Below, piece by piece: positions 19,068-32,131 of a DNA stretch of 64,000 nt. Below the pieces are notes generated by a model that saw nothing but the letters and a program-made list of their open reading frames with translations, was not told the DNA's origin and did not search any database. Position numbers and translations under genes: made by a program. The stretch's first letter is position 1. Each line of letters begins with the position of its first letter. Source of the stretch: an uncultured Planctomycetaceae bacterium (GTDB lineage: Bacteria > Planctomycetota > Planctomycetia > Pirellulales > PALSA-1355); assembly GCA_963785305.1 (NCBI GenBank), contig CAWAUV010000007.1:96001-160000 (forward strand), given 5' to 3'.

Positions 19068-22000
19068 CTAGTGCCCCAGGTCGTGGCCGCGTTGGACCGG
19101 GGTGCGCTGGCCGTAAAGACTGTAGAGCACCGGCATCAAATATCGGGTCAGAAACAGGGTCACGACCATGCTCCCCACGACGACAATCGCTAGCGGCTTT
19201 TGGGTCTGGGCGCCGATCTTGGTCGACACCGCCGCCGGCAATAGGCCAAAGATCGCCGTGAGCGCGGTCATCATCACCGGCCGCACCCGATTCTCGGCGC
19301 CTTGCAAAATCGCGTCGCGTAAATCGAGCCCGCGCAAGCGGAGTTGATTGAACGACGCGATCAGGAGCAACCCGTCCATGATCGCCACGCCGAAGATCGA
19401 CGTGAAGCCGACGGCCGCGGCAATGCTGAAATTCGTGCCCGTGATCCACAGGGCCCAAATTCCACCGAGCAAGAGCGCGAGCACGTTGCACAGCACCGCG
19501 GCGGCGTCGAGCACCGAGTGGAAGGCCAGGTAGAGCAATAGAAACACGAGGGCCAGCGACACGGGAATGATGATCATCAGCCGCCGCTCGCCCTCTTCCA
19601 TTTGTTGAAATTCGCCGCTCCAGGCGAGGCGATAATCGGGCGGCGTCACGAGTTGGGCCCGCGCTGCGCCTCCTTCACGGCGCTGGCCAGATCGCGATTG
19701 CGCACACTGAACTTCACCGCGATCAGCCGCTTGCCCTCCTCGCGACTAATGACCGACGCTCCGCCGCGAATGAACTTGCCATGGGGATCGAGCGCGAAGT
19801 CGGAATCGACCGACAGCGGCGTCACCAGATCGCGCAGGCGTTCGCGCGGCGCGGTCGTGGTTTCCAGCGGCTTGCCCGACCGCGCGCTGCCGGTAAAGCT
19901 CGGCAGCAAGCTGCCATAGCCGGTCGAGGCCGGATGGCCCGAGGCGTCGGGGTCGGCGCTTTGCGTCCGGACCACGTTGCCGATCACATCGACCGGAATA
20001 TCGAGAATATCGTTCTCGTCCTCGCGCAGCCGAAGCGGCCAGCGCACCGTGATGTCAAACGACTTTTCGCCCTCGATCATCTGCGACACCGCTTTGCCGC
20101 CGATCGCGGTTTGAATCACGTTGTGGACATCGGCCACGCTCACGTTCCAAATGGCGCATTTGTGCCGATCGATCGGCAACTCGACATTGGTTTGCCCCAT
20201 GATGCGGTAGTAGCCCACATCCTCGAGGCCCGGCACTCCGCGCAGTTCGCGGTCACCAAATTGCCGAGTCGCTCGAGCTGATCGAGGTCGGGTCCGATGA
20301 TCTTGCACGAGTTTTCGCCCTGCACGCCCGAGAGCACCTCGAGCACGTTGTCGCGAATCACTTGCGAAAAGTTCCAGTTCACGCCGGGCAGCGCCTGGGC
20401 CAGATCGTCGTTCATCGCCTTGACCAGCTCCGGCTTGGTGCGGGCCCGCAGCGGCCAGAACCAGCGCCGCCAGCCATGATTCGGAGTCGTCGCGGGCCAA
20501 TGCTCCGGACTCTTGAGCGGCACGAAAAACTCGGCGCTGTAGAAGCCCGTGGGATCGACGCCCGAATCGGGCCGGCCCAATTGGCACACGATCAATTCCA
20601 CCTCGGGATATTTGCGCATCATGGCCCGGGCAATCCGCGAGCGATCCGAGTTTTCCTGGAGCGACACCCCGGTGGGAAAAATGCCGCGAATCCAGAGATG
20701 GCCTTCCTCGAGAGCCGGCATGAACTCTCGACCCAGGAAGGGCAGCAGCGCGATGGTGCCGACGAGCATCAGGCCAAACGCCGTGACCACGAGCGGGCGG
20801 TGGTCGAGACACCAGGCCAGATTTCGCAGATAACCGCGCTTGATCCACCGGACCATGAAGTTCTCGGGCCGCGGCTCGAGGTTCTTGAACAGCACCAGAC
20901 ACAGCACCGGCACGCGGTCAGCGCCAACAGCAGCGCTCCGCCGATGGCGAAGGCATAGGTCTCGGCCATCGGCCGAAAGAGCTGCCCCTCGGGTCCGCGC
21001 ATCGTGAAGAGCGGCAACATGGCGCACACGAGAATCAGCGTGCTGAAGAACAAGCTCCGCTCGACCTCGCGCACCGCGACCACGATCCGCTGCCCGAGCG
21101 GCAGGTCGCCATATTTTCCGGCGGCGAGCACTCGGTAGATGTTTTCGACCATGATCACGGTCGAATCGATGATGATGCCGAAATCCACGGCGCCGATGCT
21201 CAGCAAGTTGGCCGACTTATCACGGACCCAAAGCACGCCAAAGGCAAAGAGCAAGCTCAGCGGCAGATTGAGGGCAATGATGAAGGCGCTCCGCACATTG
21301 CTCAGAAACATGAGCAGAATCAGGGAGACGAGCGCGATGCCGGTAAGCAGGTTTTCCTGCACGGTTTCGGTCGTGGTGTTGATCAGGTCGGTGCGATCGT
21401 AAAAAGGAACGACTTGCACTCCTGGCGGCAGCATTCCTCCGGCGTTGAGCTCTTGAATCTTGGCGTCGACACGGCGGAGCGTGGGCAGCGATTCGGCGTC
21501 CTTGCGCAAGAGCACGAGCCCCTGCACGACTTCTTCCTCGTCGATCCATTCGCGCTCGCCGCGCTCGTTGACCACCTCGACGCCGTCTTTTTCCAGGGGC
21601 CGGCTGAGCGCGACTTTGCCCAGCCGCGTGATGTTGCTCACGATCACGCCCTGGTCCGAGACTTCTTGTCCCACCTTGAGCGGCCCGCCCTCGACCACAT
21701 CGCCCACGCGAACCGGCAGGTTGTTGGTGGCCGTGAGCACGATTTCGCGAATCTGCCGCGAACGCACCTGTTCGGCGGCGCGCAGATATTTGGCGGCTTC
21801 TTGCGCCGTGGGCATGCCGAGCACCGATTGCATCGGGTCGCGCCCGCGGCCAATGAGCCCGAGCCCGCGCACCACCGCCGCCGATTCGCCTTGCACCAGA
21901 TAATCGCCGCTCACATTGTCGTTGCTGGTGGCGATCGCCGACTGGAGCTGGGCGAGCGTGATGCCGAAGCGTTTCATGCGGTCGGGATCGGGCTGCACTT

Positions 22001-22568
22001 CATAGCGCTTCACCGAGCCGCCGAAGCTCACCACGTCGGCCACTCCGCCCAGCCGGCGAAATTCACGCGTGAGCGTCCAATCTTGGATTGCCCGCAGATC
22101 GTTGAGCGAATAGATCGGCTGGCCGCTCGAGTCGCGGGGACAATCGACGCGATAGCGGAGAATCTCGCCGATCGGCGAGCGCGGCGAAATCTGCGGCGAC
22201 ACCCCGGTGGGCAAATCGGTCATGCCCATCCGATTGATGACTTCCTGCCGCGCCACCAGATACGGCACTCCGTATTCGAATTGCATGTTCACATACGACA
22301 AGCCGAACAGCGACTTGCTGCGCATGTACTTGAGCCCGTTCATGCCGGCCAGCGACACTTCGAGCGGCACCGTCACCAGGCGTTCCATTTCCTCGGGCGA
22401 GCGGCCGCCATAGAGGGCCACCACTTCCACGATCGCCGGCGCCGGATCGGGATAGGCCTCGACATTCACCTGGCTCACCGCGAACGCTCCGGCCACGGCC
22501 AGCGCAATGATCAGCAAGCCCACGATGAGCGGGTTTTCGACCGACCAGGCGATGATTTTGGTAACCAT
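19068..22568 (-). CDS. CusA/CzcA-family RND efflux permease, three apparent frameshifts (~20915, ~20250, ~19660)
   Basis: VEAYPDPAP, ANLLSIGAVDFGIIIDSTVIMVENI, RVRPVMMTALTA, QKPLAIVVVG across four consecutive ORFs. Confidence 0.88.
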
Positions 22569-22637
22569 GCGTTTCCAGGCTTCGTTAGCATGCCAACAGC
22601 GAGATCAAGCGATGCGTCGGATCGAGGTCGGCGGCGC

Positions 22638-24036
22638 TCAGGGAGGCGCCGCTTGGCCGGCTTCTTTCGATTGTTGGTCCGAGAGCGCTTGCTCCAGTTC
22701 CAGGGCGCCGCTCGACACCACCACTTCGCCCGGATCGAGCGGCTCGATGCCTTGCTCGGCCTGTTCGGGCGTGACCACGCCGCGCACATCGACGAAATCA
22801 TGGAACCGGCGAACCGCCATCACGCGCCGCCTGCGAAAACGGGGCGGAGTGGCCTCGACTTGCACGAACACATAGGTGCGCTCGCCGTCGTCGATCAGCG
22901 CTTTGGTCGGTATCTGGGTCGTGTTGTCTTCCGGCGGAATCTCGATCGCCGCCGTGACGAATTGTCCGGCCCGCAAATCTCCCCGCGGATTGGCCACGCT
23001 GCCCAAGAGCAGCGCCATGTGTTCATTGGGATCGATGATCTCGCCGATGCGATCGATGCGAATCGGAATATCGCCGAGCTCCGGATTCGCCGGCAATCGC
23101 AAGAGCGGCTGAAGCGGCTTGGGCATTTGCTGCAAGCTCGGCAGGTCTTCCTCGAAGGCATGCAGCCACACGCTCAGCACGCTCAAATCGGCGATTTTGA
23201 AGATGTCGCTATTCATGTCCACGATATCGCCCACGCTCACGTTCTTCTCGACCACGGTGCCGTCCATCGGCGACACCAATTCGACGCGGGCCCAGTTCAG
23301 ATCCTCCGACTTGTCGTGCGACTGGCCTTTGCCGATCTGATCGGCCTCGGCCCGAATCGCGGCGATTTCCGCCTCGCCGAGCATCCAACTTCGCAGCGTG
23401 CGCTCGCCGCGGTCGACGGCGATTTGGTCGGAGAACACATTGCGCTCGGCGTCGCGCACGGCGCTGGCGCTGGTGGCGCCTTTTTGCTCCAGTTCGCGCA
23501 GCGCATTAAGGGTTTGCATGTCGATGCGCAGCTTGGCGAGCGAATCGACCAGCTCGCTTTTTTGCACGCCCAGGTCCTTGCTCCACAAGATCGCGAGTCG
23601 CTCGCCCTTCTTCACCCGATCCATGAAGCTGAGCGGGCGCTTGGTCGCGCCGGAGCCCGGCGGGCCGGCCAGCGGATCGTCGACCGTGGCGAGCTGCACG
23701 ATCTGACCGGGAAAGAGGGTGTGGACATGCACCAGGCGATTCGAGTCGATCGCGAGCGACCCGCGCAGCTCGAGCGGCCGGGGACGCGTGGGCTTCGTGG
23801 CCACGGCCGTGCGTAGCTTCATCAGGTCGACCGTGAGCTTGGGGATCGCGATCGTCTCGGCGCCGCCGGTTTCGCGCGAAGCATTTCGCGCGGGGGCCGC
23901 GGCGATTCCTGGCGCAGCGGCGATAGGCCTCGGCCGCGAAGCCGAAGGCCAGAAGCGTCAGCGCCGCCAAGGCGGCGCCGAACATTGCTTTCGCGCTTGG
24001 GGCGTTGAATCGCGGCATCGGACGAATCGTCTCCAT
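22638..24036 (-). CDS. RND efflux periplasmic adaptor (MFP), apparent frameshift near 23930
   Basis: SPMDGTVVEKNVSVGDIVD, FKIADLS, LRAGQFV; signal-like N-terminus in a different frame. Confidence 0.82.
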
Positions 24037-24206
24037 GCAGGGGGCGTCGGAGAATGCGCAAAGCGCGCGCGGACCGTTGAAATTATTCAACAACCCCGCG
24101 CGGCCGGAGCGGCGCAAACCCAAAAAAGCAACGCACTCCGCGCAATCGCCAAGCTCAAAGTCGCCGCGAGAGCCGATTATGCCAACAATGCCGTCGAGCG
24201 GAGCGG

Positions 24207-25032
24207 CTACTTGGCCGCCGTGGGCGCCGGCTTGAGATGCGCGTCGTCGAGTTTGTCCAGCGACCAGAGCAGGCCGCGCGTCACCAAATCCAGAGTAGCG
24301 CGCGTCGCCCACCGTGGCATTGTTGTGACCCAGGGTCGTGGCGAACACCTTGGCGCGGTCGTTGTACTTGTTCGTCCATGCGACCACGGTCTTCGAATCG
24401 CCTTGGGCGCCGGTTGCCAGCGGATGCGCCGTTTCGAGCACATGGCCCATCGAATTGTTGTACAGCTCCTCGTTGATCGTGGTCCAATCGCCAAGGCCCT
24501 TGGTGATCGGGCTCTCCGAGTCGGTGTACACGACATCGATCGGCAGTTGTTTGCCGTGGCCCGTGCTGGGCAGCCCGGTGAAGGCGAACCAAGGCGTGAC
24601 CTTGTTGGGAAAGCCCTCGCTGCGGAAGCAATGCATGCCGCAGTGCAGCACCACGGCCGGCAGTCCTTCCTTATGCGGCTTGAGCACGCGATCGATCAGG
24701 GCCAAGTCCTTCACATTCGCGCAGCATTCGTCATGCACGACCACATCCATGCCCTTGGCCCAATCGTCATTCGAGTAGATCGACATCGGATGATCCGTCT
24801 TGCCGTCGCCCTCGTGAACGATCGTCCATTCGATGTTCGTGCGCGCCGAGATGCCCTCGGTCAGAATCGTCTTCTGATGCGCGTAGTCGTGGCAGCAGCC
24901 GCCGATCACGAGCAGGGCCTTGATCGGCCGCTCGCCGCGCACCGTCGGCTCCGCGCCGCGCGCCGCCTCGAAACCAACGAACACGAATGCCAAGCCGGCA
25001 AGGCCGACGAACAACGAACGTCGCATGTGCAT
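24207..25032 (-). CDS. ThuA-domain (class I GATase-like) secreted protein, apparent frameshift near 24297
   Basis: KALLVIGGCCHDY, LHCGMH, NEELY, VFATTLGHN; C-terminus LDLVTRGLLWS in ORF 24207..24536. Confidence 0.82.
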
Positions 25033-25223
25033 GGGTCGAACCTTTGATGTACTGGAGGCGTGAAAAACTTGAAGTTCAGGCGGGGAACGCCAGGCGCGAG
25101 CCGCGCGGGCGATTAGCGATCATTGTTGCTCGCCGCGACGCTCGTCGCTAGCAGCCCAAGCGAGAAATCGGCGCCGAGCGCGAGTTCCCCCACGCATGGC
25201 GCGACACGCATCGTCGCGCCCGG

Positions 25224-26840
25224 CTAGGGCTGCAATCCCAAGCCGCGGCGATATGCGGCCCGTTGCCGCTCGCGCCCCAGCCGATCCGTGATCGTGTTCC
25301 ATGTCTCGGCCGCCCGAACAAGCGCTGCCCCACTCTTTCGCTCGCCCACGAACACGGCCGCCACCGCGTCGTCGAGGGCCGCCAAATATTCGTCTTGCCC
25401 GGGAATTCGGGGCGCGGCCACCGCGGCCGCCGGTTGCGACAGCGCCCCATCGAGCATCTGGGCATATTGCTTGGCCGCCGAACGCTCGATATCCGGATCG
25501 ACCCACGGCTCGGGCTTGCGGAGCTGCGAACGGCGAAACATGGTCGTCGCTTCGCTCACGGCGCAGGTTCGCGGAGCCCAGGTCGTGGAAAGCCAAGCCA
25601 AGAGCCGTCGCGCGTCGGCCGGACGCGGCGAAGCGGTCATCACCAGTCCCCATCGGCCGGCCAAGCCGAGCAGCGTCGCGTGGCGAGGCTCGTCGGGTCC
25701 GCGCCGATTCCAGCGCTTGCCGCTTTGAGAGTAGACCATGTCGGAGCCGGGCAGGGTGACGAAGCCGATCGCGAATTCGGCGTTGGAGGCCGAGACCCCA
25801 TCGGCCGCCGGCTTCGCTTCATCCGACTTAGCGTCCGAGGGTCCCCTCTTCGCGTCCGACGGCCCCGACTTCGCGCCCGACGGCCATGTGAGCGCCATCG
25901 CCGCTTCGCCGGCGAGAAATGCCCGCCGCACATCGGCCGGGTCGGGCGTGCATCGTCCATCGCTCGCGGCCGAGTTCGCCCCGGGCAATTGCCGCGCGGC
26001 GACGAGCTCGTCGAGCGCGCGCACAAAGGGCGGGCTATCCACGAGCGGCTTCATGGTGTCGATATTGAAAAAGGTGCTATAAGCGTCGCGATCGAGCGCA
26101 TAACAGGCCGCGCGAGCCAGCAGCAGCCGACCCGCCCAGCCCGGCGCCCAGGGCTCGAGCGCGCCGGACCACGCCGCTTCGACGGGCGGCGCCGAGTCGG
26201 CCAAGTTCGCGCGGTCGGCGAAAAACGCGGCCGATTCTTGATACTCGGCCCAAGTCGTGGGCGGACGACGGCGAAACGTTTCGAACAAGTCGGCGCGATA
26301 CCAGCACACCAGCGGCGGCGAGCCAAAAGGAATCGCGAACGCTTGGCCGTTCCAAGTCGCCTCGCGCACCGCCAACGCCTCGAACACATCGGACCAAGCC
26401 AGCCCCGCCCGATCGAGCTCGTCCGCCGGAATGGACTCGGCCCATCCGCGCTCGATCAGGTCGCCCACGAAGCTCGAGGGCACGATCAGGGCGTCGGCCT
26501 CGGGCGCCGGCATGTGGGCGAAATCCGCGGGAGGCAAGCCGATGGCGATGAACTTAACGCCGGTTTGGGCCGCGAACTCGGCTTCGAGCCGCGAGATCGC
26601 CTCGGTCATCCGTTCGTCGCCGACCACCAGCAGCTTGAGGGGCGGGCCCGCGGTTTCGCGTGGCGCCGGGCGCCCGGCCGCCTTGCCCGCGCGAGTCGCG
26701 TCGTTTGCCGGCGGCCCCGCTTCGCGATGATTGCATCCGGTCCAGAGCGTGAGCGAACCGAGCAGCGCCGCAACGAGCAGCAGCGCCGCGAGCGGGCGCC
26801 AAGTCTCGCGCCGCGGCGGGCAGTGCGAAATCGATCTCAC
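25224..26840 (-). CDS. ABC-type extracellular solute-binding lipoprotein (sugar-binding family)
   Basis: Lipobox [23 protein letters not shown]...[17 protein letters not shown]. Confidence 0.78.
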   Translation of the reverse strand: MRSISHCPPRRETWRPLAALLLVAALLGSLTLWTGCNHREAGPPANDATRAGKAAGRPAPRETAGPPLKLLVVGDERMTEAISRLEAEFAAQTGVKFIAIGLPPADFAHMPAPEADALIVPSSFVGDLIERGWAESIPADELDRAGLAWSDVFEALAVREATWNGQAFAIPFGSPPLVCWYRADLFETFRRRPPTTWAEYQESAAFFADRANLADSAPPVEAAWSGALEPWAPGWAGRLLLARAACYALDRDAYSTFFNIDTMKPLVDSPPFVRALDELVAARQLPGANSAASDGRCTPDPADVRRAFLAGEAAMALTWPSGAKSGPSDAKRGPSDAKSDEAKPAADGVSASNAEFAIGFVTLPGSDMVYSQSGKRWNRRGPDEPRHATLLGLAGRWGLVMTASPRPADARRLLAWLSTTWAPRTCAVSEATTMFRRSQLRKPEPWVDPDIERSAAKQYAQMLDGALSQPAAAVAAPRIPGQDEYLAALDDAVAAVFVGERKSGAALVRAAETWNTITDRLGRERQRAAYRRGLGLQP

Positions 26841-28493
26841 CAGGGCACTCCGTCCTTGCGCGTGCCGCAGAGGAAAACTTCAATGCCCATCGAGCTGGCC
26901 ATCGATGCCTTGGCCCACAACGCGCGATCGGCCTCCTCGGCCCCGTGCGCATAAGCCACTTGCACATGGTTGCTCTGATGACGGGCCATCATTTGATCGC
27001 GCGACACGCCGTAGGTCATTGCATGCATGATCGGCCATTGGGGCGTCGTGGCTTGCCAGCGCCGCTCGGTTTCGGCCGGCGGCAGTTCGACCACTCCGGC
27101 CCGACCCAGGTCCATGCACAACCGATCGGATTCAATATAAATTCGCGACCAAACAATTTCACCGGGCTTGCTCACGCCCTTGAGCGTGCCACCACCCGAG
27201 GGGAAGTACATCGCCGGTTGACGTTCGCTGCTGGCGCCGGCCCAGCCGCCGATGAAGTGCGCCGGCGGCGCCGCGCCGCTGATGAGAAACACCCAGATAT
27301 ATCCCTCGACCGTGCCCGAGCGATCCACATCGCCCCAACGAATATCGTGGAGCGTGCTCTCGACCGGCTGGCCCATCGCCTTGTGAACCCGGTAGGTCAT
27401 GAGCGCGTCGAGCCCGGCGCATTCGTCGACTTCGTTGAAGTGGGGCAGCGGCTCGTTTTCATAGAGCACTCGCGCACGGCGCGGTCGCGGGCCGGTGGAC
27501 GTTCGGCGTTGTTGAGCATGCCCTCGACCAGATCGCTCGCCGGAAGCAAATCCTTGAGTCCCTGCTGGTATTGGATGCCGATCGCCTGGCAGCCGAAGTC
27601 ATCGGCGATGCGCAGCGCGGCGATATACATCTTGCACTGCAAGAGCGATTGCTCCTCGGTCAAACACGTGGCCGGGTCGGGGCCCGTGATGAGTCGCAAG
27701 CCGCGGCTCCGCATCCAGTCGAGCACTCCGCGCACCTCGTCGTCGGCGACTTGCGTCGTTTCGTAATACAACGCCGACTGGCTGAGCCGCTCCTTGAACA
27801 CGCCGGTCGGATTCAGGAGCTTGTCGGGCACGATCGCGTTGAACATGCCCATGCAGCCTTCGTCGAACACGCCGAGAATCGCTTTTTCGCGGCGCAGATT
27901 GCCCGGCGAGCGCCTTGCCCAAGCGGCGCTCGGCGGCGCGAGGTTTCACGCCCGCCCAGGGCGTGACATGGTCGATATTGTGACGGAGCCGGCCCTTTTC
28001 GATCCAACGGGCAAGCTGGCGGCGGCATCGGGGCGCCGTGAAATCCTCGCTCCAGAGCGTGGAGAATGGTTTGCCGGCCTTGGTCAGCGATGCGTTCAAG
28101 TTCAACATGCCCACGAGTCCCGGCCACTGGCCCGACCAATTGGCCGCGGTCAGGATCGGCCCTTCGTGCGACAAGAGCCCGGGCAGCAGGTGATGCGAAT
28201 ACTGCCACACGGCCTCGGCCACGATCAGCTTGGCCCGCGGATCGATCCGGCGAAAGACCTCGATGCCTTCCTTCTGCGAGCAGAATGAAGCCATGTTCCT
28301 CGGCGGGCTTGTATTCATGGGCGCGGATCAACTCGTAGCCGCTCTCGGCAATGGCTTTGCGGAGCGCTTGTTCGAGCTCGAGTTGGGCGGGCCAGCAGCG
28401 GCGATTGGCCTCGAGCCGCAGGTCCCCGTTGGCGACCAACAGCACTTGGCTTTTTTTGACTTTCGGAATCGCGCGGGCGCTCGGGCATGGCAT
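26837..28493 (-). CDS. L-fucose/L-arabinose isomerase-like protein, three apparent frameshifts
   Basis: [60 protein letters not shown] across four ORFs. Confidence 0.75.
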
Positions 28494-28754
28494 AGGGAGA
28501 GGGCTTCGAGGATGAGCTCATCGGAATTGTTCAAAGGGTGGTTGGGCCTGGATGAAACGCGAAAGAATAGCGACTCGGCTAGAATCTCGCCGACGCTCGG
28601 CGCGAGATCGTCGACCGCCCGGGTAGACGAAATATCGGCTCGCGCCGGGCAGCGCGCCCATTCTGACATACTTCCGGCGCGATCCCAAGAGGCGCGTTCC
28701 GGCCGGGGGACAAATGACCGCCTTGCGCAATTCTAACTTGATTTCGCGGCGGTT

Positions 28755-30712
28755 TCAGCCCGCGGCCGGCGCCTTGGCCCGCGCGGAGGTTTCGCGCCAC
28801 CAGCGGACGACTTGTTCGCGGCCCTGGGGTCGGGAAAAACGATAGGCCTTGAAGAACCGCGGTGAATTGGGCGTGTTCAGAAGCTCGATCCCGAAATCAT
28901 CGAGGTTTTCCCCGTGTCGTTCGACCAGCAGCGCGGCCGCCCATACGCTCAGGTCCAAGTCCGGTCCATCTTCACGATGACACGCCACTGGCCGCTCGAT
29001 GAGCGAACCGAGAAAGGCATCGACCCCGGGCCAGGGGGCGCGGTTGGCGATCGCCAGCGCGGCGAAAATCGCATGCGGCGCGTGCTCGCCCGCCGCCTCG
29101 CGCCGCACTTGGGCAAACCGCGCCATCGCCGGGCCGGTGGCCGACGAACCGATTCCGGCCATCAACTCGTACAGCGCCTCGTGCTCCGAAAGATTGAGAT
29201 CGTTCTTCAGCGGTCGCAGGGGCTGATCGGGCATCGAGGCGAGATAACCTTCCGCGAATCGCGAGACCACGTCCGGATCGAGTTGAAGCAGCATGCGAAT
29301 GTCGAGCTCGCCCAGATGGCGTCCGCGCTCGAAATCTCGCCGCATGTCCGCTGGCTCATCTCCCGCAGCCGCGCTTCGACAGGGCGCCGCGCGAGCACTT
29401 CGTAAGCCATCCGCCGGCGCCGGTCGGCAAATTGACCAATACAAACGTCAGCGGCTCGCCTTTCGGGTGGGGGATCGCCACTCCCACCGGCCAATCGCCT
29501 TCATACAATGTGACGCCGCGCACGCAATGGGCCATGTGATCGTCGATCCGGTCGAAGTGCGTCACATTCCGCGGGGGAGCATCGGGATTCGCCGGATCGA
29601 TTCCCGCGAAATCATGCACCTGCGGCACGCCCACCAAAAGGCGCTGTGTATTGACCTGCTGACCACGCGACCAAACTTCGGCCACCATTGCCGGGCGAGT
29701 CTCGTCGAGCAATTGCCAGAGCGTGGCGAGATTCGGGCTCGTGGCGCCGCGGCCGGCTTTTCTCTCGCTCGTCGGATCGGGATCGCTCCGGGCGGCAAGA
29801 GTCGCTTCGATCCGCGAGCGCACCCGCTCGACATAATCGGCCCGGCAAATCAGTTCGACAAGCGAGCGTTCCGCGTCGGCGCACCGCGGATCGTCTTCGC
29901 GGGCAACTTCGGTCGCCACGCCATCGATGACCACGAGCCCGCGATCGATGACATCCGCGGGATCGACCTCGGTCGGAAGATCGCGGCGCGATTCGGCCAA
30001 AGTCGCGATCAGGGCGTCGATCTCGGCGTCGGTCACCGCCGGCAAGCGGGCGTCTTCGCGGTCGTCGACCAGCCAAGTGCAACGCGCATTGGCATAGAGC
30101 GCCTCGAGCAGTTCATGCGTGGCGCGGTCCGAGTTCGGGCGCGCAGCGCGCCTCGCAGCGGAGCAAGCAGCCGCGCCGCTAGACGGAGCTCGCGGCCATA
30201 GACATCGAGGCGGCCCGCGGCGCTGCGCCGCGCGGCATAAGCGTCGTCGTCGAGCTGCCGCACCAGCGCGGCGAGCGCGGCGGCGTCGGGATCGAGCGCC
30301 GCGGGGAGCGGCGGTGGCTCGGGCGCCAGCTTGAGCAAGGTTTCAATGGCGACCGATGTTTCGACCGGCAGCGAACCGCCGAGCAGCGCGGCTTGTAGGC
30401 GCCGCGCCATGCCGCCCGCGGTCTTGGGGTCCGTGATCCGCCGCCGCAGTTCGGCCTGCGCCTGCTCGCGCGCCTCGAAGCGGTCGTCGTTGAGCTGGCC
30501 CATCAACCGGACGATATCGGATTCATCGGGCGCCTGTGACGCATCGGGTTCATGGGACAGTTCGCCCTCGGCGGCTCGGGCGCTGGGGCGCAATCTCCCC
30601 AGATAAAAAGCAGTGCCAGCAGCGCCAAACCGGGGAACAGAAAGCTCCAGAGCGCACGGACCGATGTCGCAATTCGCGAGTCCTCGGAAGGCAACGTCCA
30701 CGCGTGGTTCAT
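28755..30712 (-). CDS. Hypothetical secreted alpha-helical (HEAT-like) protein, at least three apparent frameshifts
   Basis: Signal-like N-terminus, then LNDDRFEAREQA and LDDDAYAARRSA repeats; plausible coding continues through ORFs 30033..30701, 29356..30045, 28755..29444. Confidence 0.55.
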
Positions 30713-31060
30713 CGTCGTCCCGGCGTATTGGGTTCGGGTTGCTCGGGCGCTTCTCTTGATGACGCTTCTCTCGATGGCGCTTTGTCTCGGTGGTGAGTGT
30801 CTCGGTGGCGAGTCATTTTGGGAGCCGCGACGCATGGCGGCCCGAGCGGTATCACTATCATAGAACGAATCGTCGGTCGGGGCGAGACGATCTTGCCCCG
30901 GGAGGCGTTTTCCACTACAAATCGCCCCGCCTTTCTTGGGAGCAGGTCGGTTCGCGACCGAATTTCCAATCGCCTTATCTCATTGTTTCCCGTCAGAACG
31001 ATCGTCCCGTGCGCGGCTTGCGCCGTCGGGCCCCCGCGCCATCGAATCCTTGAGCGGAGA

Positions 31061-31402
31061 ATGCGCATGAAAAACGGCGTTTCGCGTCGGATCACACTCT
31101 TTGCGCTCGCGATGGCGGGTGTCGGCTGGCTTGTGCCGATGGCCCAGGCCCAAAGCCCCGCGCCGATCAGCCCCGGCGGGCTCGACCTGCAAACCACGTT
31201 GCAAAAAGGGCTCAAGGCTCGCCGGCCGATCGAGTTTCAATTCATCGCCAATGTTTCGCAAATGGTGGCCGATGGCGAGCTCGACGAGTCGCTCGTGATC
31301 ACGGCGTTTCTCTCGGCCCGCAAACATCGGCCTTACCCGTTTCCTTACTTTCTCTTCACGCTCCAGCGACTCGCGCCAAATGTCGGCGGAAGTTTGTTTT
31401 AG
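31061..31402 (+). CDS. Small secreted hypothetical protein
   Basis: GGAG RBS, signal peptide, LQTTLQKGLKARRPIEFQFI...YPFPYF. Confidence 0.7.
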   Translation: MRMKNGVSRRITLFALAMAGVGWLVPMAQAQSPAPISPGGLDLQTTLQKGLKARRPIEFQFIANVSQMVADGELDESLVITAFLSARKHRPYPFPYFLFTLQRLAPNVGGSLF

Positions 31403-31698
31403 AGTCCATCCGCCCAACAACTCCTCTCCCTTTGGGAGAGGGTAGGGCGACGGCCCGCCGAAGTTCTCGGATAGTCGGATAGGCTGTTAGTCGCTCGAGC
31501 GGCTTCGATCACGGAGGCCGCGAAGCGTGGTGGCGAGGCAAACGAGCCCGAGCCGACTCGGGGGGCAAGGTTGCTCGCCCGACTCGCGAAGTTACCATGA
31601 AGGAGACGTGCAATGCCGGAGATGCGCTTTCGCATGATCGCTCGGCGATCAGACCGGCCCACGCTTCCCCTGGGAACCCTTGCTTGTGAACGAACCGC

Positions 31699-32128
31699 AT
31701 GCACCGCCCGAACAACTCCGCCCGACCGACGGCGAATCGGCGCCGCGGCCCGTGGTGTTTGCCCGCCTTCGAGAGCGCTGCGCCGGCCGCCGAAGAAGAC
31801 GACCGTGGCGATCGCGCTCTTGGTCGTGTTTCATCTGGCGATTTATTTTCAGTTCACCGATCCCGAGCGACGGATGCCGTCGTTTATCTTGAATTTGGTG
31901 GCATTGGCCGACGCGGCGTTCGTGGCGTCGGTCGTGCAGTTCGTGTTCGACGATTGGCGGCTGCGGCGTTATCGCCTGCCGCTGCCGGCCGGACGCAGCA
32001 TCGGCGTGGCCACTCTGGCGAGCGCGGTGGCGTTTCTGCTTGTGGCGACCATTTGGTTTTCGCCCTGGGCGCCGATCCAGCGCGACGCGCGCGATGACCC
32101 GCCGCGAAGTTCCCCGGAAGGACATTGA
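31699..32128 (+). CDS. Hypothetical membrane protein (3 TM); start uncertain
   Basis: Three hydrophobic helices in ORF 31613..32128. Confidence 0.5.
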
Positions 32129-32131
32129 AAC

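Noticed and set aside
21414..23816. Long antisense ORFs (800 aa here; also 2364..4130, 8742..10085, 25263..26954, 52708..54588)
   Set aside because: Shadows of well-supported genes on the opposite strand in high-GC DNA, with no protein motifs.
30784..30813. 15-bp tandem duplication GTCTCGGTGG(T/C)GAGT
   Set aside because: Two copies only, with no associated feature.
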